From: a virus
Taxonomy: Duplodnaviria; Caudoviricetes
DNA length: 60,173 nucleotides
Strand: one strand, 5' to 3'
IMG/VR virus record: IMGVR_UViG_3300027769_001255
Span: 1-60,173 of that record
The notes beneath the pieces are model-generated. The model was not told the origin of the DNA, ran no database searches, and saw only the letters and a program-made list of their open reading frames with translations. Shown here piece after piece: positions 37,814 through 47,353 of this stretch (position 1 is the stretch's first letter; the number at the start of each line of letters is the position of its first letter). The position numbers and the translations under genes were made by a program.

Positions 37814-38038
37814 ATGTCTGAAATGTGGTTGAATTCGGCATTGGCATGCGAAGCCGAACTAGATATAGCAAACAGAAAACTACACGAACTTCAAAAGTTC
37901 TTTTCGGCTGTGTGCGACTTGACATCACAGCACGATACAGCGTACAATGAGCATGGTGAAGAGATTGCGAGTGTTAGTCCTCGTAAACTTGGAGAACTAT
38001 TAGAAACAATTGATCCCAATTGGTACAAAAAGGAATAG
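37814..38038 (+). CDS. Hypothetical protein
   Basis: Packed ORF. Confidence 0.6.
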   Translation: MSEMWLNSALACEAELDIANRKLHELQKFFSAVCDLTSQHDTAYNEHGEEIASVSPRKLGELLETIDPNWYKKE

Positions 38039-38040
38039 CC

Positions 38041-38493
38041 ATGCTTTTACGGTTACTTGACAAACTTGGTCGCAAGCGTGTGATCATGGACCGTGTGAAT
38101 AATGAACCGTATCTAGAACGCTACTATTTGTTTCTCAAAGAACGCAAGCGGTTTCCGTTCAACATCTTCATACACAAGTTTCTCAAAGGCGATCCAGATG
38201 ACGTGCATGATCATCCGTGGCCTTATGCCACACTAATTTTGAAAGGTGGTTACTATGAATGGGTTCCAGAATTTGATGGAAAAGGCCAAATGGTGGGTCA
38301 ACGGCGTTACTGGCGGCGCCCCGGACATTTTCGCATTTGCCGTCCTACTAGCTATCATAGGATTGAGTTGGCTCCTGACGTGACAGCCTGGACGCTGTTC
38401 ATGCCTGGCCCACATGTTCGTGAATGGGGCTTTCTTGTGCGCGACAAGTGGATACAGCATGATCAATATCTTGAAGGACGATCAAAGTCATGA
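38041..38493 (+). CDS. Cupin-like phage protein
   Basis: HDHPW, GGYYE, HRIEL, EWGF. Confidence 0.75.
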   Translation: MLLRLLDKLGRKRVIMDRVNNEPYLERYYLFLKERKRFPFNIFIHKFLKGDPDDVHDHPWPYATLILKGGYYEWVPEFDGKGQMVGQRRYWRRPGHFRICRPTSYHRIELAPDVTAWTLFMPGPHVREWGFLVRDKWIQHDQYLEGRSKS

Positions 38494-38933
38494 AGCCTAA
38501 ACTCAAGCAAGCCTACATGGCCACCGCAAGGATCTTTGCTGAACTCAGCCATGCACGACGATTACATGTGGGTGCGATCGTGGTCAAAGACAATCGCATC
38601 ATTTCAATTGGCTACAACGGCATGCCTGCAGGTTGGGACAACAACTGTGAGGACATTATCCGCCATTCAGATGACACTACCTCACTCAAAACTAAACCGG
38701 AGGTGTTGCATGCTGAATCAAATGCGATTACTAAATTGGCTAGAAGCAATGACTCTGGCCTCGATGCTGATATATTTGTCACTCACAGTCCTTGCGTGGA
38801 ATGCGCCAAGCTCATTTATCAGTCTGGCATCCGACGTGTATTTTATGGCACTAGCTATCGTGACAATCACGGTATCGACTTTCTTACGAAGTCGGGGATA
38901 CACGTAGAAAAAATGGACGACAACACCACTTGA
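38490..38933 (+). CDS. dCMP deaminase
   Basis: GYNG, HAESNA, PCVEC. Confidence 0.92.
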   Translation: MKPKLKQAYMATARIFAELSHARRLHVGAIVVKDNRIISIGYNGMPAGWDNNCEDIIRHSDDTTSLKTKPEVLHAESNAITKLARSNDSGLDADIFVTHSPCVECAKLIYQSGIRRVFYGTSYRDNHGIDFLTKSGIHVEKMDDNTT

Positions 38934-38968
38934 CCTATGTGCTATAATCAACTATAATTCACTATAAT
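38930..38968 (+). promoter_or_regulatory. Sigma70 promoter with three TATAAT boxes at 10-bp period
   Basis: TTGACC at 38930; TATAAT at 38943, 38953, 38963. Confidence 0.7.
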
Positions 38969-38985
38969 CGACTACGGAGTGTCTT

Positions 38986-39387
38986 ATGAAAATTGGATTT
39001 AGTTTTGGGCGTTGCATCCGGGACATCGTCAATGGCGAAGTGGACATCAACGATGTACTGGTTATCGTTGCTCGCACACGTATGCCAGACTTGAAGTCTG
39101 TTAACATGGTCATCTCAGATTACATGTATAGAAATGACTATCTTGCTGGTCTAGACGAAGATGAGTGCCAGTCAATAGGCGCTCAACTGTTTGAGTCGGG
39201 TCGTGTTCATCAGGCCAGAATGGAAAGTGGTAACATCTGGGGCACGGGCGCGGCGCACAACAATGCAGTCTGGGCCGATGTGGTGCCAACCACACACATG
39301 AACGACCAGGTAAAGGAAGCATGGAACCACTACAGGTTCTTGTTGAACATGACATCTAACATTCCAGAAAAGGAGATCTACAAATGA
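38986..39387 (+). CDS. Hypothetical phage protein
   Basis: KIGFSFGRCIRDIV. Confidence 0.75.
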   Translation: MKIGFSFGRCIRDIVNGEVDINDVLVIVARTRMPDLKSVNMVISDYMYRNDYLAGLDEDECQSIGAQLFESGRVHQARMESGNIWGTGAAHNNAVWADVVPTTHMNDQVKEAWNHYRFLLNMTSNIPEKEIYK

Positions 39388-40082
39388 GTTACAATGATAC
39401 ATATACGTCTTATTTCCCCACTGCTGAGGAAATCAACAACAGCATGGTGCGTGTGTACAATCACATGGCTTCAGGTGTGTTTATTTCCGGAGCCACGGCG
39501 TGGCTGATTGCGCAGAGCCCTGCGCTGATGGCCATGCTGTTCAAGACCTGGCTGGTATGGCCAGTAATGTTACTGCCGCTGGCGTTTGTTCTCATCATGA
39601 CATTCGGTGCAGAGAAGCTAAGTGCCAAGGCGCTGGGAGTGATGTTCTACGCTTATTCAATTGCCAGCGGTGCAAGCCTTGCCACAATCTTTGCTGTGTA
39701 CACGGGAGGATCAATCTTTACTGCATTCTTTATCAGTGCGGCATTGTTCTTGACCATGAGTGCATACGGATATTTCACCAAGCGAAGCCTTGAGAGCATT
39801 GGGCAGTTCTTGTTTATTGGCCTCATTGGCATTCTTATTGCAGGCATTGTCAACATCTTCTTGCAGAACAGCGTGATGCAGATGGTGATCAGTGCATTGG
39901 CTGTGGTCATCTTTACAGGTCTTACTGCATATGATACTCAGCGGATACGAGAACAAATCCGCTTTGGTAATGGTGACAATGGAAAGGTAGAAGTTCTTGG
40001 TGCACTGACACTGTATCTTGACTTTATCAACATCTTTATCAATCTACTGCAATTGATTGGCGGACGCAAAAGCGACGACTGA
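39384..40082 (+). CDS. Bax inhibitor-1/YccA family membrane protein
   Basis: VYNHM, 7 TM, AYDTQRI, LYLDFINIF. Confidence 0.92.
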   Translation: MSYNDTYTSYFPTAEEINNSMVRVYNHMASGVFISGATAWLIAQSPALMAMLFKTWLVWPVMLLPLAFVLIMTFGAEKLSAKALGVMFYAYSIASGASLATIFAVYTGGSIFTAFFISAALFLTMSAYGYFTKRSLESIGQFLFIGLIGILIAGIVNIFLQNSVMQMVISALAVVIFTGLTAYDTQRIREQIRFGNGDNGKVEVLGALTLYLDFINIFINLLQLIGGRKSDD

Positions 40083-40777
40083 TGTACTGCCCCAACAGAT
40101 GGATATTGTTGGATAGGCTGAGTCTCTTAGACAAATGGGCAGTTGGTAAGACGAGAACAAGTCTTGCAACTGCCCGTGCAGTTTCTAGAGCCCTACAAGA
40201 GCCTTCCATTAAATGGGTAGCCGGCCCAAATCATGATCTTGATCCCGGTGACTTTACTGTGAGTGGCTTGTATGATCCTGCCGCTGACGAAAATGAAGAA
40301 AACGTGTTCATCGAATGCTCTGTGAGCATTGGCGCTGGTTCAACAATCTGGAACGATATTTCCTGGTTGAAATTCAAACGCAATGTGGCAGATGTTGTAT
40401 GCCATGAACAACTGCACACACATAGGCATCGCTCTAGAAACTTTGCCACACCAAAGTCATACGAAGCCAAGTTATCTGCGGATGAGCTTGAAAAAGAAAA
40501 AGTCTATCTCAAGGACCCAGACGAGATAGAATGTTATGCACACAACATTGCATCCGAATTGCTGGACTTTTATGGTCACATTCGATTTGCAAGAAAATAC
40601 GATTGGCAATATTTGATCCAGATGCCTCCTCCAGACTGCCCCAGTATAAATCTCTGGGCATATGGACGAGCACACGGTCGAAATAAAAAACTAATGAACT
40701 CGCTGATGGATCAGGTGTACAAATTTATGGACGAAATACACAATCAATATCAAGAGTTTTTGATTGGCAACGACTGA
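40082..40777 (+). CDS. Putative zincin metalloprotease
   Basis: HEQLH and Y...DEIE motif. Confidence 0.6.
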   Translation: MYCPNRWILLDRLSLLDKWAVGKTRTSLATARAVSRALQEPSIKWVAGPNHDLDPGDFTVSGLYDPAADENEENVFIECSVSIGAGSTIWNDISWLKFKRNVADVVCHEQLHTHRHRSRNFATPKSYEAKLSADELEKEKVYLKDPDEIECYAHNIASELLDFYGHIRFARKYDWQYLIQMPPPDCPSINLWAYGRAHGRNKKLMNSLMDQVYKFMDEIHNQYQEFLIGND

Positions 40778-40798
40778 GCTTTGTGCTATACTAACACA

Positions 40799-40978
40799 AT
40801 GAAAACTTACACTGCACACGTTGAAGAAGACCCAGAAACTAAAGAACTCGTATTGGTGTTCCCTGACGAAGTTATGGAACAAGTTGGTTGGAACATTGGT
40901 GATACCATCCAGTGGACCGACAACAAAAACGGATCATGGACTCTTACACGTAAAGAAAGCAATGACACGGAAAGTTAA
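40799..40978 (+). CDS. AbrB/MazE-like small protein
   Basis: LVFPDEV..VGWNIGD; promoter TTGGCA-17-TATACT-6nt-ATG. Confidence 0.7.
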   Translation: MKTYTAHVEEDPETKELVLVFPDEVMEQVGWNIGDTIQWTDNKNGSWTLTRKESNDTES

Positions 40979-41882
40979 TCCTCCCTACGCAGGCCCTGTT
41001 ACATTCCTTGGAATAGATCCTGGGCCGCGAGAAGGTGCGAGATTTTCCGTGGTAGGAGTTCCATGGGATGGGGCAGTAAGCAATAGGCCAGGTCAACGGT
41101 TTGGTCCTCGTAACATACGACTGGCATCAACCATGCTCACACAAGAGGAGCATCCGCTATTCCTTACTGCCCCGCATGCGGTCACGCAAGACCTTGGTGA
41201 CATATTGCTGGAGCAACATTCCTACAGTGCACATCAACATTTAGAAAAAGAACTCAAGGCAGTGCTGGTTGAACAAGGTCTAATCAATAGAAATGTTGAA
41301 CCAATAATCCTTGGTGGTGATCACTCTATCACATTGCCTATTCTACGCACATTGAAACCAGTTGTAGGCGCACCGCTGGCCTTGTTGCATCTAGATGCAC
41401 ACCACGATAACTGGAGCAACGTGTTTGACGAACACATCAGCCATGGCACTTGGCTACACAGGGCTCTTTCAGACAACCTAGTTGAAGCAGAATTGATCTG
41501 TCAACTGGGTGTACGCAGTCCTAGTAATCCCAAGCACAACCAAGACCTAGCTAAGAAAGGTGCCATGGTCCTCACTGCACGTGAGTTGATGAAAAAAGAT
41601 CCAGGTGCAGTGGCCACTGCGATCTACAATAGAATTGGTAACACACCTGTGTGGTTTACCTTGGATATTGATTGTCTTGATCCTGCATTTGCTCCTGCTG
41701 TGGGTACACCGGAAGTGGGTGGACTGAGTACAATATGGTTGTTGGAGTTTATTGAGAATCTAAGACAGTTGAACTTTGTTGGAATGGATGTGGTAGAAGT
41801 GTCCGACAATGACGTTAATCAAATAACCGGTCTCGCTGCCGCAACAGCGGTATGGACCTACATGGCAATGAGGATGAAATGA
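40962..41882 (+). CDS. speB: Agmatinase (ureohydrolase family)
   Basis: GQRFGP, GGDHS, DAHHD, SHGT, DIDCLDP, PEVGG. Confidence 0.88.
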   Translation: MTRKVNPPYAGPVTFLGIDPGPREGARFSVVGVPWDGAVSNRPGQRFGPRNIRLASTMLTQEEHPLFLTAPHAVTQDLGDILLEQHSYSAHQHLEKELKAVLVEQGLINRNVEPIILGGDHSITLPILRTLKPVVGAPLALLHLDAHHDNWSNVFDEHISHGTWLHRALSDNLVEAELICQLGVRSPSNPKHNQDLAKKGAMVLTARELMKKDPGAVATAIYNRIGNTPVWFTLDIDCLDPAFAPAVGTPEVGGLSTIWLLEFIENLRQLNFVGMDVVEVSDNDVNQITGLAAATAVWTYMAMRMK

Positions 41883-42445
41883 GCAGAAGCAGTGATATCA
41901 TGGTAGACATTGAGACTTTGGGCACCAAGCCTAACTCGGTCATGTTGACAATTGGTGCGGTAAGGTTTGATCCTTTTGCAGACGACAGTGTGTTAAAAAA
42001 TGGACCAAACGACATGGACATGTTTTATGCTCGTGTTGATCCAGAATCATTTACCTGGCCCGATGCTGAGATTGACGATAACACCTTAGAATGGTGGAGC
42101 AAACAAAGCGAAGCAGTCAGAGAAGAAGCATTTACAGAACAGGATCGTAAACCGATCCTGCAGGTCATGCAAGACTTTTACAAGTGGTGTCAACCGCATG
42201 ACCGTATCTGGGCCAACGGCCCTGCTTTTGACATTGTTATTCTAGAAAACATCTATCGTAAGCTGGGTAGAGGTTTTCCGTGGCAGTATTATCAAGTGAG
42301 AGATGCTCGTACTCTGTACAAGCTGGCACCTCGATATGAACGTGTGAATCCTGCACTGCACCATGCCGCATGGGATTGCTGGGCACAGGTAGTGGCTCTA
42401 CAAAGATGTTTGAAGTTGTTGAATATCACGGAACTGGAAAAGTGA
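41879..42445 (+). CDS. DEDDh 3'-5' exonuclease (DUF5051/DexA-like)
   Basis: DIETL, WANGPAFD, RDART, HHA..D. Confidence 0.85.
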   Translation: MSRSSDIMVDIETLGTKPNSVMLTIGAVRFDPFADDSVLKNGPNDMDMFYARVDPESFTWPDAEIDDNTLEWWSKQSEAVREEAFTEQDRKPILQVMQDFYKWCQPHDRIWANGPAFDIVILENIYRKLGRGFPWQYYQVRDARTLYKLAPRYERVNPALHHAAWDCWAQVVALQRCLKLLNITELEK

Positions 42446-42458
42446 AGTAAATAGAGCA

Positions 42459-42522
42459 AGCGGTCTTTCTGGCATTCATCCCGCTATAAAAATTCTGCAA
42501 GCCTATGCTATAAACATAGGAG
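42459..42522 (+). ncRNA. Candidate preQ1-like riboswitch / structured leader of queD
   Basis: AGCGG/CCGCT stem, A-rich 3' tail, possible pseudoknot, hairpin CCTATG/CATAGG covering RBS. Confidence 0.45.
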
Positions 42523-42528
42523 AAATAA

Positions 42529-43056
42529 ATGGCAAGATATCTATCAACAAAAACGTACGGCAATGATCGCGGGCTGTCGTGTTGTTTCAGACAATGGCGT
42601 GCCACGCATAGCCACTGCTCTACACTGCACGGGTATTCAATTGGTATCAAATTGATTTTTGAATGCAACACATTGGATGACAAAAACTGGGTTATGGACT
42701 TTGGCGGACTAAAGCTGTTCAAAGAGTGGGCAGATTACATGTTTGATCACACAGTGGTTATTGCACAGGATGACCCAATGTTGGATTTTTTCAAACACAT
42801 GAACGAGATTGTGGACTCTAATAGTAAAAATCATCTAAGTAAGATTCCATACGAACGAGGTGCATTGTGTGATCTTCGCATAGTTGAGGGTGTAGGATGC
42901 GAAATGTTTGCCAAACTATGCTATGACGAAATGTCACGTATACTTGAAGAGCTCAAGCAAGGATCAACTGGTCGATATCCAGTCAATGCTGGAGTTCGTC
43001 TTGTGAGCGCAGAAGTGTTTGAACACGGCGCAAATTCTGCAATTTACGAAGGGTGA
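42529..43056 (+). CDS. queD: 6-carboxytetrahydropterin synthase (QueD/PTPS family)
   Basis: C..LHGY, WVMDFG, FDH, E motif. Confidence 0.85.
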   Translation: MARYLSTKTYGNDRGLSCCFRQWRATHSHCSTLHGYSIGIKLIFECNTLDDKNWVMDFGGLKLFKEWADYMFDHTVVIAQDDPMLDFFKHMNEIVDSNSKNHLSKIPYERGALCDLRIVEGVGCEMFAKLCYDEMSRILEELKQGSTGRYPVNAGVRLVSAEVFEHGANSAIYEG

Positions 43057-43061
43057 TATAA

Positions 43062-44303
43062 TTGACTAGTGCTATTGTAATTGGAGCAGGGATCACTGGT
43101 GTTACCACTGCGTACTATCTAGCACGTCAAGGATTTGACGTCACTGTTCTCGACAAAGAACACACGGCAGGTATGCTGACCTCTTATGCAAATGGAGGTC
43201 AGCTATCCGTTAGCAATAGCGAAGTTTGGAACACATGGCCCAATGTGCTACACGGCATCCAATGGATGTTCAATTCCTCTGCACCGCTGAAAGTGGGATT
43301 TCCTACTATTAGCAAGTCAGCATGGATGACTAAATTCCTATTGCATACTGCAATTGGTGGATACAAAAGAAATACCATGCGCACCATTGAGATGGGACTG
43401 GCCGCAAGAAATTGTTATGCCGAGATCATTGAGAATGAAGGAATTCAATTTGACCATGTACAACAGGGCATATTGCATTTCTACCATGATCTAAAGACAT
43501 TTGAAAAAGCCAAAGAGTCATGCAAGCTCTATTGGGATATGAATGTTGATCGTCACATACTCACTGCGGGACAAGTCATTCAACGTGAACCTACCTTGGC
43601 GCATCTGGTAGATAACATCGTGGGTGGCACATATACTCAGTCAGACAGCATGGGCGACATACACAAGTTCTGTGTTAATCTTGCCAAAGTGTGCAAAGAC
43701 AAATACAATGTTAAGTTTGCATACAATACCGAAGTACTCAACATCATGTATTATGACGTTGGAAATTCTCTGGTCCAGACCAACAACAAGGAATACAGTG
43801 CAGAACATTTGGTAATTTGTGCTGGTGTGTATTCTGATAAAGTGGCTGCTAAAATACACTGGCTAAATGAAACCAGCGGCGAGTACTCTGACCATACAGG
43901 AATCTATCCTGTGAAAGGATATAGCATCACTATACCCAAAGGCAATGGAATATTGCCTAAAGTAAGTCTGCTAGACGATGCGGCCAAAATTGTATCTAGT
44001 ACACTGGGCGATCGCTTGCGTGTTGCTGGCACAGCAGAATTAGCAGGTTGGAACTTTGACATACGCAAACAAAGAACTGATCCACTACTACATTGGGCAC
44101 AGAAGTATTTTCCAGATCTAGACTACGAAAATGTTGTGCCCTGGGCAGGATTGCGTCCAATGACACCAAACATGATGCCAGTTGTGCGTAGGCATCATGC
44201 ACATAGGAATATCTGGTTTAACACAGGACACGGACATCTAGGATGGACTTTGGGTGCATACACCGCCAAGCAGGTATCCGGCATGATTGCTGATGCTGGT
44301 TAA
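43062..44303 (+). CDS. dadA: D-amino acid dehydrogenase (DadA-like)
   Basis: GAGITG, TSYANGG, PVKGYS, WAGLRPMTP, NTGHGHLGWT. Confidence 0.88.
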   Translation: MTSAIVIGAGITGVTTAYYLARQGFDVTVLDKEHTAGMLTSYANGGQLSVSNSEVWNTWPNVLHGIQWMFNSSAPLKVGFPTISKSAWMTKFLLHTAIGGYKRNTMRTIEMGLAARNCYAEIIENEGIQFDHVQQGILHFYHDLKTFEKAKESCKLYWDMNVDRHILTAGQVIQREPTLAHLVDNIVGGTYTQSDSMGDIHKFCVNLAKVCKDKYNVKFAYNTEVLNIMYYDVGNSLVQTNNKEYSAEHLVICAGVYSDKVAAKIHWLNETSGEYSDHTGIYPVKGYSITIPKGNGILPKVSLLDDAAKIVSSTLGDRLRVAGTAELAGWNFDIRKQRTDPLLHWAQKYFPDLDYENVVPWAGLRPMTPNMMPVVRRHHAHRNIWFNTGHGHLGWTLGAYTAKQVSGMIADAG

Positions 44304-44326
44304 ATATACATCTTGGAGCAAAGGAA

Positions 44327-44893
44327 ATGTCATTGATTACTGAATACCGAAAAATGAGACAAATACTAGAGGAAGCCGAACGAGCTCCTCTAGAGCAGGA
44401 TCGCTTGCGCTACAAGCGCACAGATCTGGATCCTGTAATGAGTCAAGCCACCCTAGATGCGCATTATGGCAAGCTGGCCAGGGCCTATGTTGATCGATAC
44501 AACAAAGGCGAAGGCGACGCCAACTTCAACTATGGTGGTGCACGTTTGCACAACATTTACTTTTCACAATTTCTAGAGCCAAAGTCAAGCAACAAACCCA
44601 GCGGGCGAGCTTTAGAAATCATCAATGACAAATACGAATCTTTTGCCAATTTCCAGGAAGAGATAACTAAGGCTGCCATGAGCATACAAGGCTCAGGTTG
44701 GTTATACATGGATAACCGTGGCGAAATACGTGTTATCAAGAATCACGAATACAAGGACAACATGAAGATCGTGTTGCTCATTGACTGGTGGGAACATGCA
44801 TGGTTCCTAGATTATCAAAGCGACAAAAAGAAGTACCTGCAAAACATATGGCGCATCATTGATTGGGACGTCATTAATCAAAGACTCGTTTAA
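44327..44893 (+). CDS. Fe/Mn superoxide dismutase
   Basis: HYG, LHN, QGSGW, DWWEHA. Confidence 0.88.
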   Translation: MSLITEYRKMRQILEEAERAPLEQDRLRYKRTDLDPVMSQATLDAHYGKLARAYVDRYNKGEGDANFNYGGARLHNIYFSQFLEPKSSNKPSGRALEIINDKYESFANFQEEITKAAMSIQGSGWLYMDNRGEIRVIKNHEYKDNMKIVLLIDWWEHAWFLDYQSDKKKYLQNIWRIIDWDVINQRLV

Positions 44894-44905
44894 GGAGAGA
44901 GAGAC

Positions 44906-45175
44906 ATGGAAACATTTATCGCATCAATTATGTGGGTTGCATTTACCTATGCACCGATGGGAACAGTAGAAGCAAACGGGCAATGTCTGCCTGTCAACAA
45001 CAATAATGCGGCAATGTATTCATTGCTAGGCACAAGATATGGCGGCAATGGCCGAGACAACTTCTGCTTACCGGATCTAAGACCAAAGAGTGCTGATGGC
45101 AAACCTGATCCTAATTGGAACAATGGTCCACGTGCTGTAATCGTAACGCAAGGCCTTTGGCCTAGTCGTCCATAA
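44906..45175 (+). CDS. Phage tail collar-domain small protein
   Basis: NGQCL..YSLLGTRYGG..FCLPDLR. Confidence 0.8.
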   Translation: METFIASIMWVAFTYAPMGTVEANGQCLPVNNNNAAMYSLLGTRYGGNGRDNFCLPDLRPKSADGKPDPNWNNGPRAVIVTQGLWPSRP

Positions 45176-45177
45176 TC

Positions 45178-45564
45178 ATGGCATATAGCGAAAAAGTCAT
45201 AGATCATTATGAGCACCCGCGAAATGTGGGCAGTCTTGATAAGTCTGATCCTTCCGTTGGTACTGGTATGGTTGGCGCACCTGCTTGTGGTGATGTTATG
45301 AAATTACAAATACAAGTTGATGATGCTACTGGCATCATCAAAGATGCAAAATTCAAAACCTATGGTTGCGGAAGTGCGATAGCATCAAGCAGCCTGGTCA
45401 CTGAATGGGTCAAAGGCAAGACCTTAAGCGAAGCTGAGGCTATCAAGAATTCTGAGATAGCAACAGAACTAGCATTGCCACCAGTCAAGATACATTGCAG
45501 TATCCTGGCTGAAGATGCTATCAAGGCTGCGATAGAAGACTATCGCCGTAAGCATCCTAACTAA
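45178..45564 (+). CDS. iscU: Fe-S cluster scaffold IscU
   Basis: GAPACGD, GCGSAIASSS, LPPVKIHCS. Confidence 0.97.
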   Translation: MAYSEKVIDHYEHPRNVGSLDKSDPSVGTGMVGAPACGDVMKLQIQVDDATGIIKDAKFKTYGCGSAIASSSLVTEWVKGKTLSEAEAIKNSEIATELALPPVKIHCSILAEDAIKAAIEDYRRKHPN

Positions 45565-45575
45565 AGGAGCATAAT

Positions 45576-45848
45576 ATGTTCAAGAAGATCATGGAATGGC
45601 TGGCCGGCAAGCCTGAGGGCGGAATCGAGCAGCCAGCGGTCACTGAAACAGCAACAGTAGTTGTCAAGCAGGCACCGGAAATCAAAGTAACAGAAGTCAA
45701 GCCAGTTGAAGTTGCCCCCAAGGCCAACGCAAAAGAGCTGGAAAGCATGGACAAGAAAGCATTGCTTGCCAAGGCCAAAGAACTTGGCGTTGCAGTAAAC
45801 GGCCGCATGAATAAAGAAGATATCAAGAACAAGATCTTGAGAGGATGA
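45576..45848 (+). CDS. Small protein with Rho_N/HeH-like C-terminus
   Basis: AAGGAG RBS; LESMDKKALLAKAKELG..MNKEDI. Confidence 0.65.
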   Translation: MFKKIMEWLAGKPEGGIEQPAVTETATVVVKQAPEIKVTEVKPVEVAPKANAKELESMDKKALLAKAKELGVAVNGRMNKEDIKNKILRG

Positions 45849-45852
45849 TGTT

Positions 45853-46191
45853 ATGACAACGCCAATCATAACTGTGACTGATACTGCCAAGAACAAAATC
45901 GTAGAATCCGTGCGTAATCGCGGTGGAAATACATTAGGTATACGCATTGGAGTAAACACCAGGGGCTGTAGCGGTCACAGTTATGTTTTGGAATTCTGTG
46001 AACGGGAAGATCCGCTAGCAGATAAAGTTGTATTGGATCAAAATGTTTCTATTTTTATAGATCCAAAAAGTCTGTTGTATATCCTGGGATTGCAAATAGA
46101 CTGGAAGAAAGAAAAACTCAAAGAAGGCTTTGTGTTTGAGAATCCCAATGCCAAAGGATCTTGTGGATGCGGGGAGAGTTTCAATGTCTAA
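45853..46191 (+). CDS. iscA: Fe-S carrier IscA/HesB family
   Basis: GCSG, NPNA..CGCGESF. Confidence 0.92.
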   Translation: MTTPIITVTDTAKNKIVESVRNRGGNTLGIRIGVNTRGCSGHSYVLEFCEREDPLADKVVLDQNVSIFIDPKSLLYILGLQIDWKKEKLKEGFVFENPNAKGSCGCGESFNV

Positions 46192-46444
46192 TGGTTATGG
46201 TGTTGATCAAAGCATAACAAATCCATTTTTCGATGCAAGCCTCTTGACAGAAGAACAAATATTGTCTAAAATGTCAGATGTGGATAAGAAAATATCAGCG
46301 GCATTTAATTCTGGTGCAAGCCAAAGTGTAATTGAGCAAATGTATGCAGTCAAGGATGCTCTTTCAAGAGAGTTTTCTGAAAGATCAATGAAACGCTTTG
46401 GAAGCAAAGACAATGGAGAACAGTTTGACGGGCTCATTGGTTGA
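46184..46444 (+). CDS. Hypothetical protein
   Basis: Packed ORF. Confidence 0.65.
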   Translation: MSNGYGVDQSITNPFFDASLLTEEQILSKMSDVDKKISAAFNSGASQSVIEQMYAVKDALSREFSERSMKRFGSKDNGEQFDGLIG

Positions 46445-46445
46445 T

Positions 46446-46958
46446 ATGAAAACAGATGCAACAGGACTTCCGATCATGTCGGAACAAGACATCATTGAGT
46501 TGATGTACCGGGGGCATAAGCATCAAGAACTGTTTGTTGACGACGACGCATTGTTTGAAAATGTACAACGTGCAGTAAAGGATCTGGCATTGCCCATGCC
46601 GTTTACTATCAAAATGCATGAAGCACGTACTCCAGATGAAATGACCAACTGTTGGCAAATACCAGAAGAGTATGTCAACATAGAGATTGAGTCTTGGTTT
46701 GCCGATAAGATATCAACAGAAGAACAAGCGATAAGAGTAGCAACTGAATTGTCTCTTTACAAATCCGGCGGATTATATCCATTACTGAGATTTTTGATAT
46801 ATCTGGTAGATCTTATGCGAGAAAATAAGATAGTATGGGGAGTGGGTCGAGGATCCAGCGTGTCCAGCTATTGCCTTTTCTTAATAGGCATACATAAAAT
46901 AGACAGTATGAAATATAACTTAGAAATCAAGGAGTTCCTTAAATGGCAAAACATGTAA
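46446..46958 (+). CDS. Stand-alone fragment of a DnaE (Pol III alpha)-type polymerase
   Basis: RVATEL, WGVGRGSSVSSYCLFLIGI, YNL..EFL. Confidence 0.8.
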   Translation: MKTDATGLPIMSEQDIIELMYRGHKHQELFVDDDALFENVQRAVKDLALPMPFTIKMHEARTPDEMTNCWQIPEEYVNIEIESWFADKISTEEQAIRVATELSLYKSGGLYPLLRFLIYLVDLMRENKIVWGVGRGSSVSSYCLFLIGIHKIDSMKYNLEIKEFLKWQNM

Positions 46959-47353
46959 CCTTTCGTGGTACACAGTTTAATATGACAGCATTTGCTGACC
47001 AACACGGAGATACCACTGCGGTAGGTAACAGCGGGCGAAATGCACGTGGCGATGTATTAAATGCAAGAGGCGAAGTGATCGCAACTGCAAAGCAAGTCAA
47101 TGATGTGTACCATAGAAAAAATCCCAAGGCGGTTGCCAAGGTAAGCATCAACGAGGATCCAGACGAGCGTCTTGTGTCACAGGCGCCCAAGGCCAAAGTG
47201 GCACCCAAGGTTGCACCAACAGTGTCTGCAACTGCCGCTGCCACAACCGAAGACCCGTCACAGCAGGTTGTTGGTCGTCGTGTGTTTATGGACAAGAACG
47301 GCGAAGAAAAAACCGAAATCACTTATGCAGACGGAAGCGTAGAGGTTGTATGA
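46943..47353 (+). CDS. Hypothetical phage protein
   Basis: AVGN..NARGD motif, AAGGAG RBS. Confidence 0.75.
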   Translation: MAKHVTFRGTQFNMTAFADQHGDTTAVGNSGRNARGDVLNARGEVIATAKQVNDVYHRKNPKAVAKVSINEDPDERLVSQAPKAKVAPKVAPTVSATAAATTEDPSQQVVGRRVFMDKNGEEKTEITYADGSVEVV

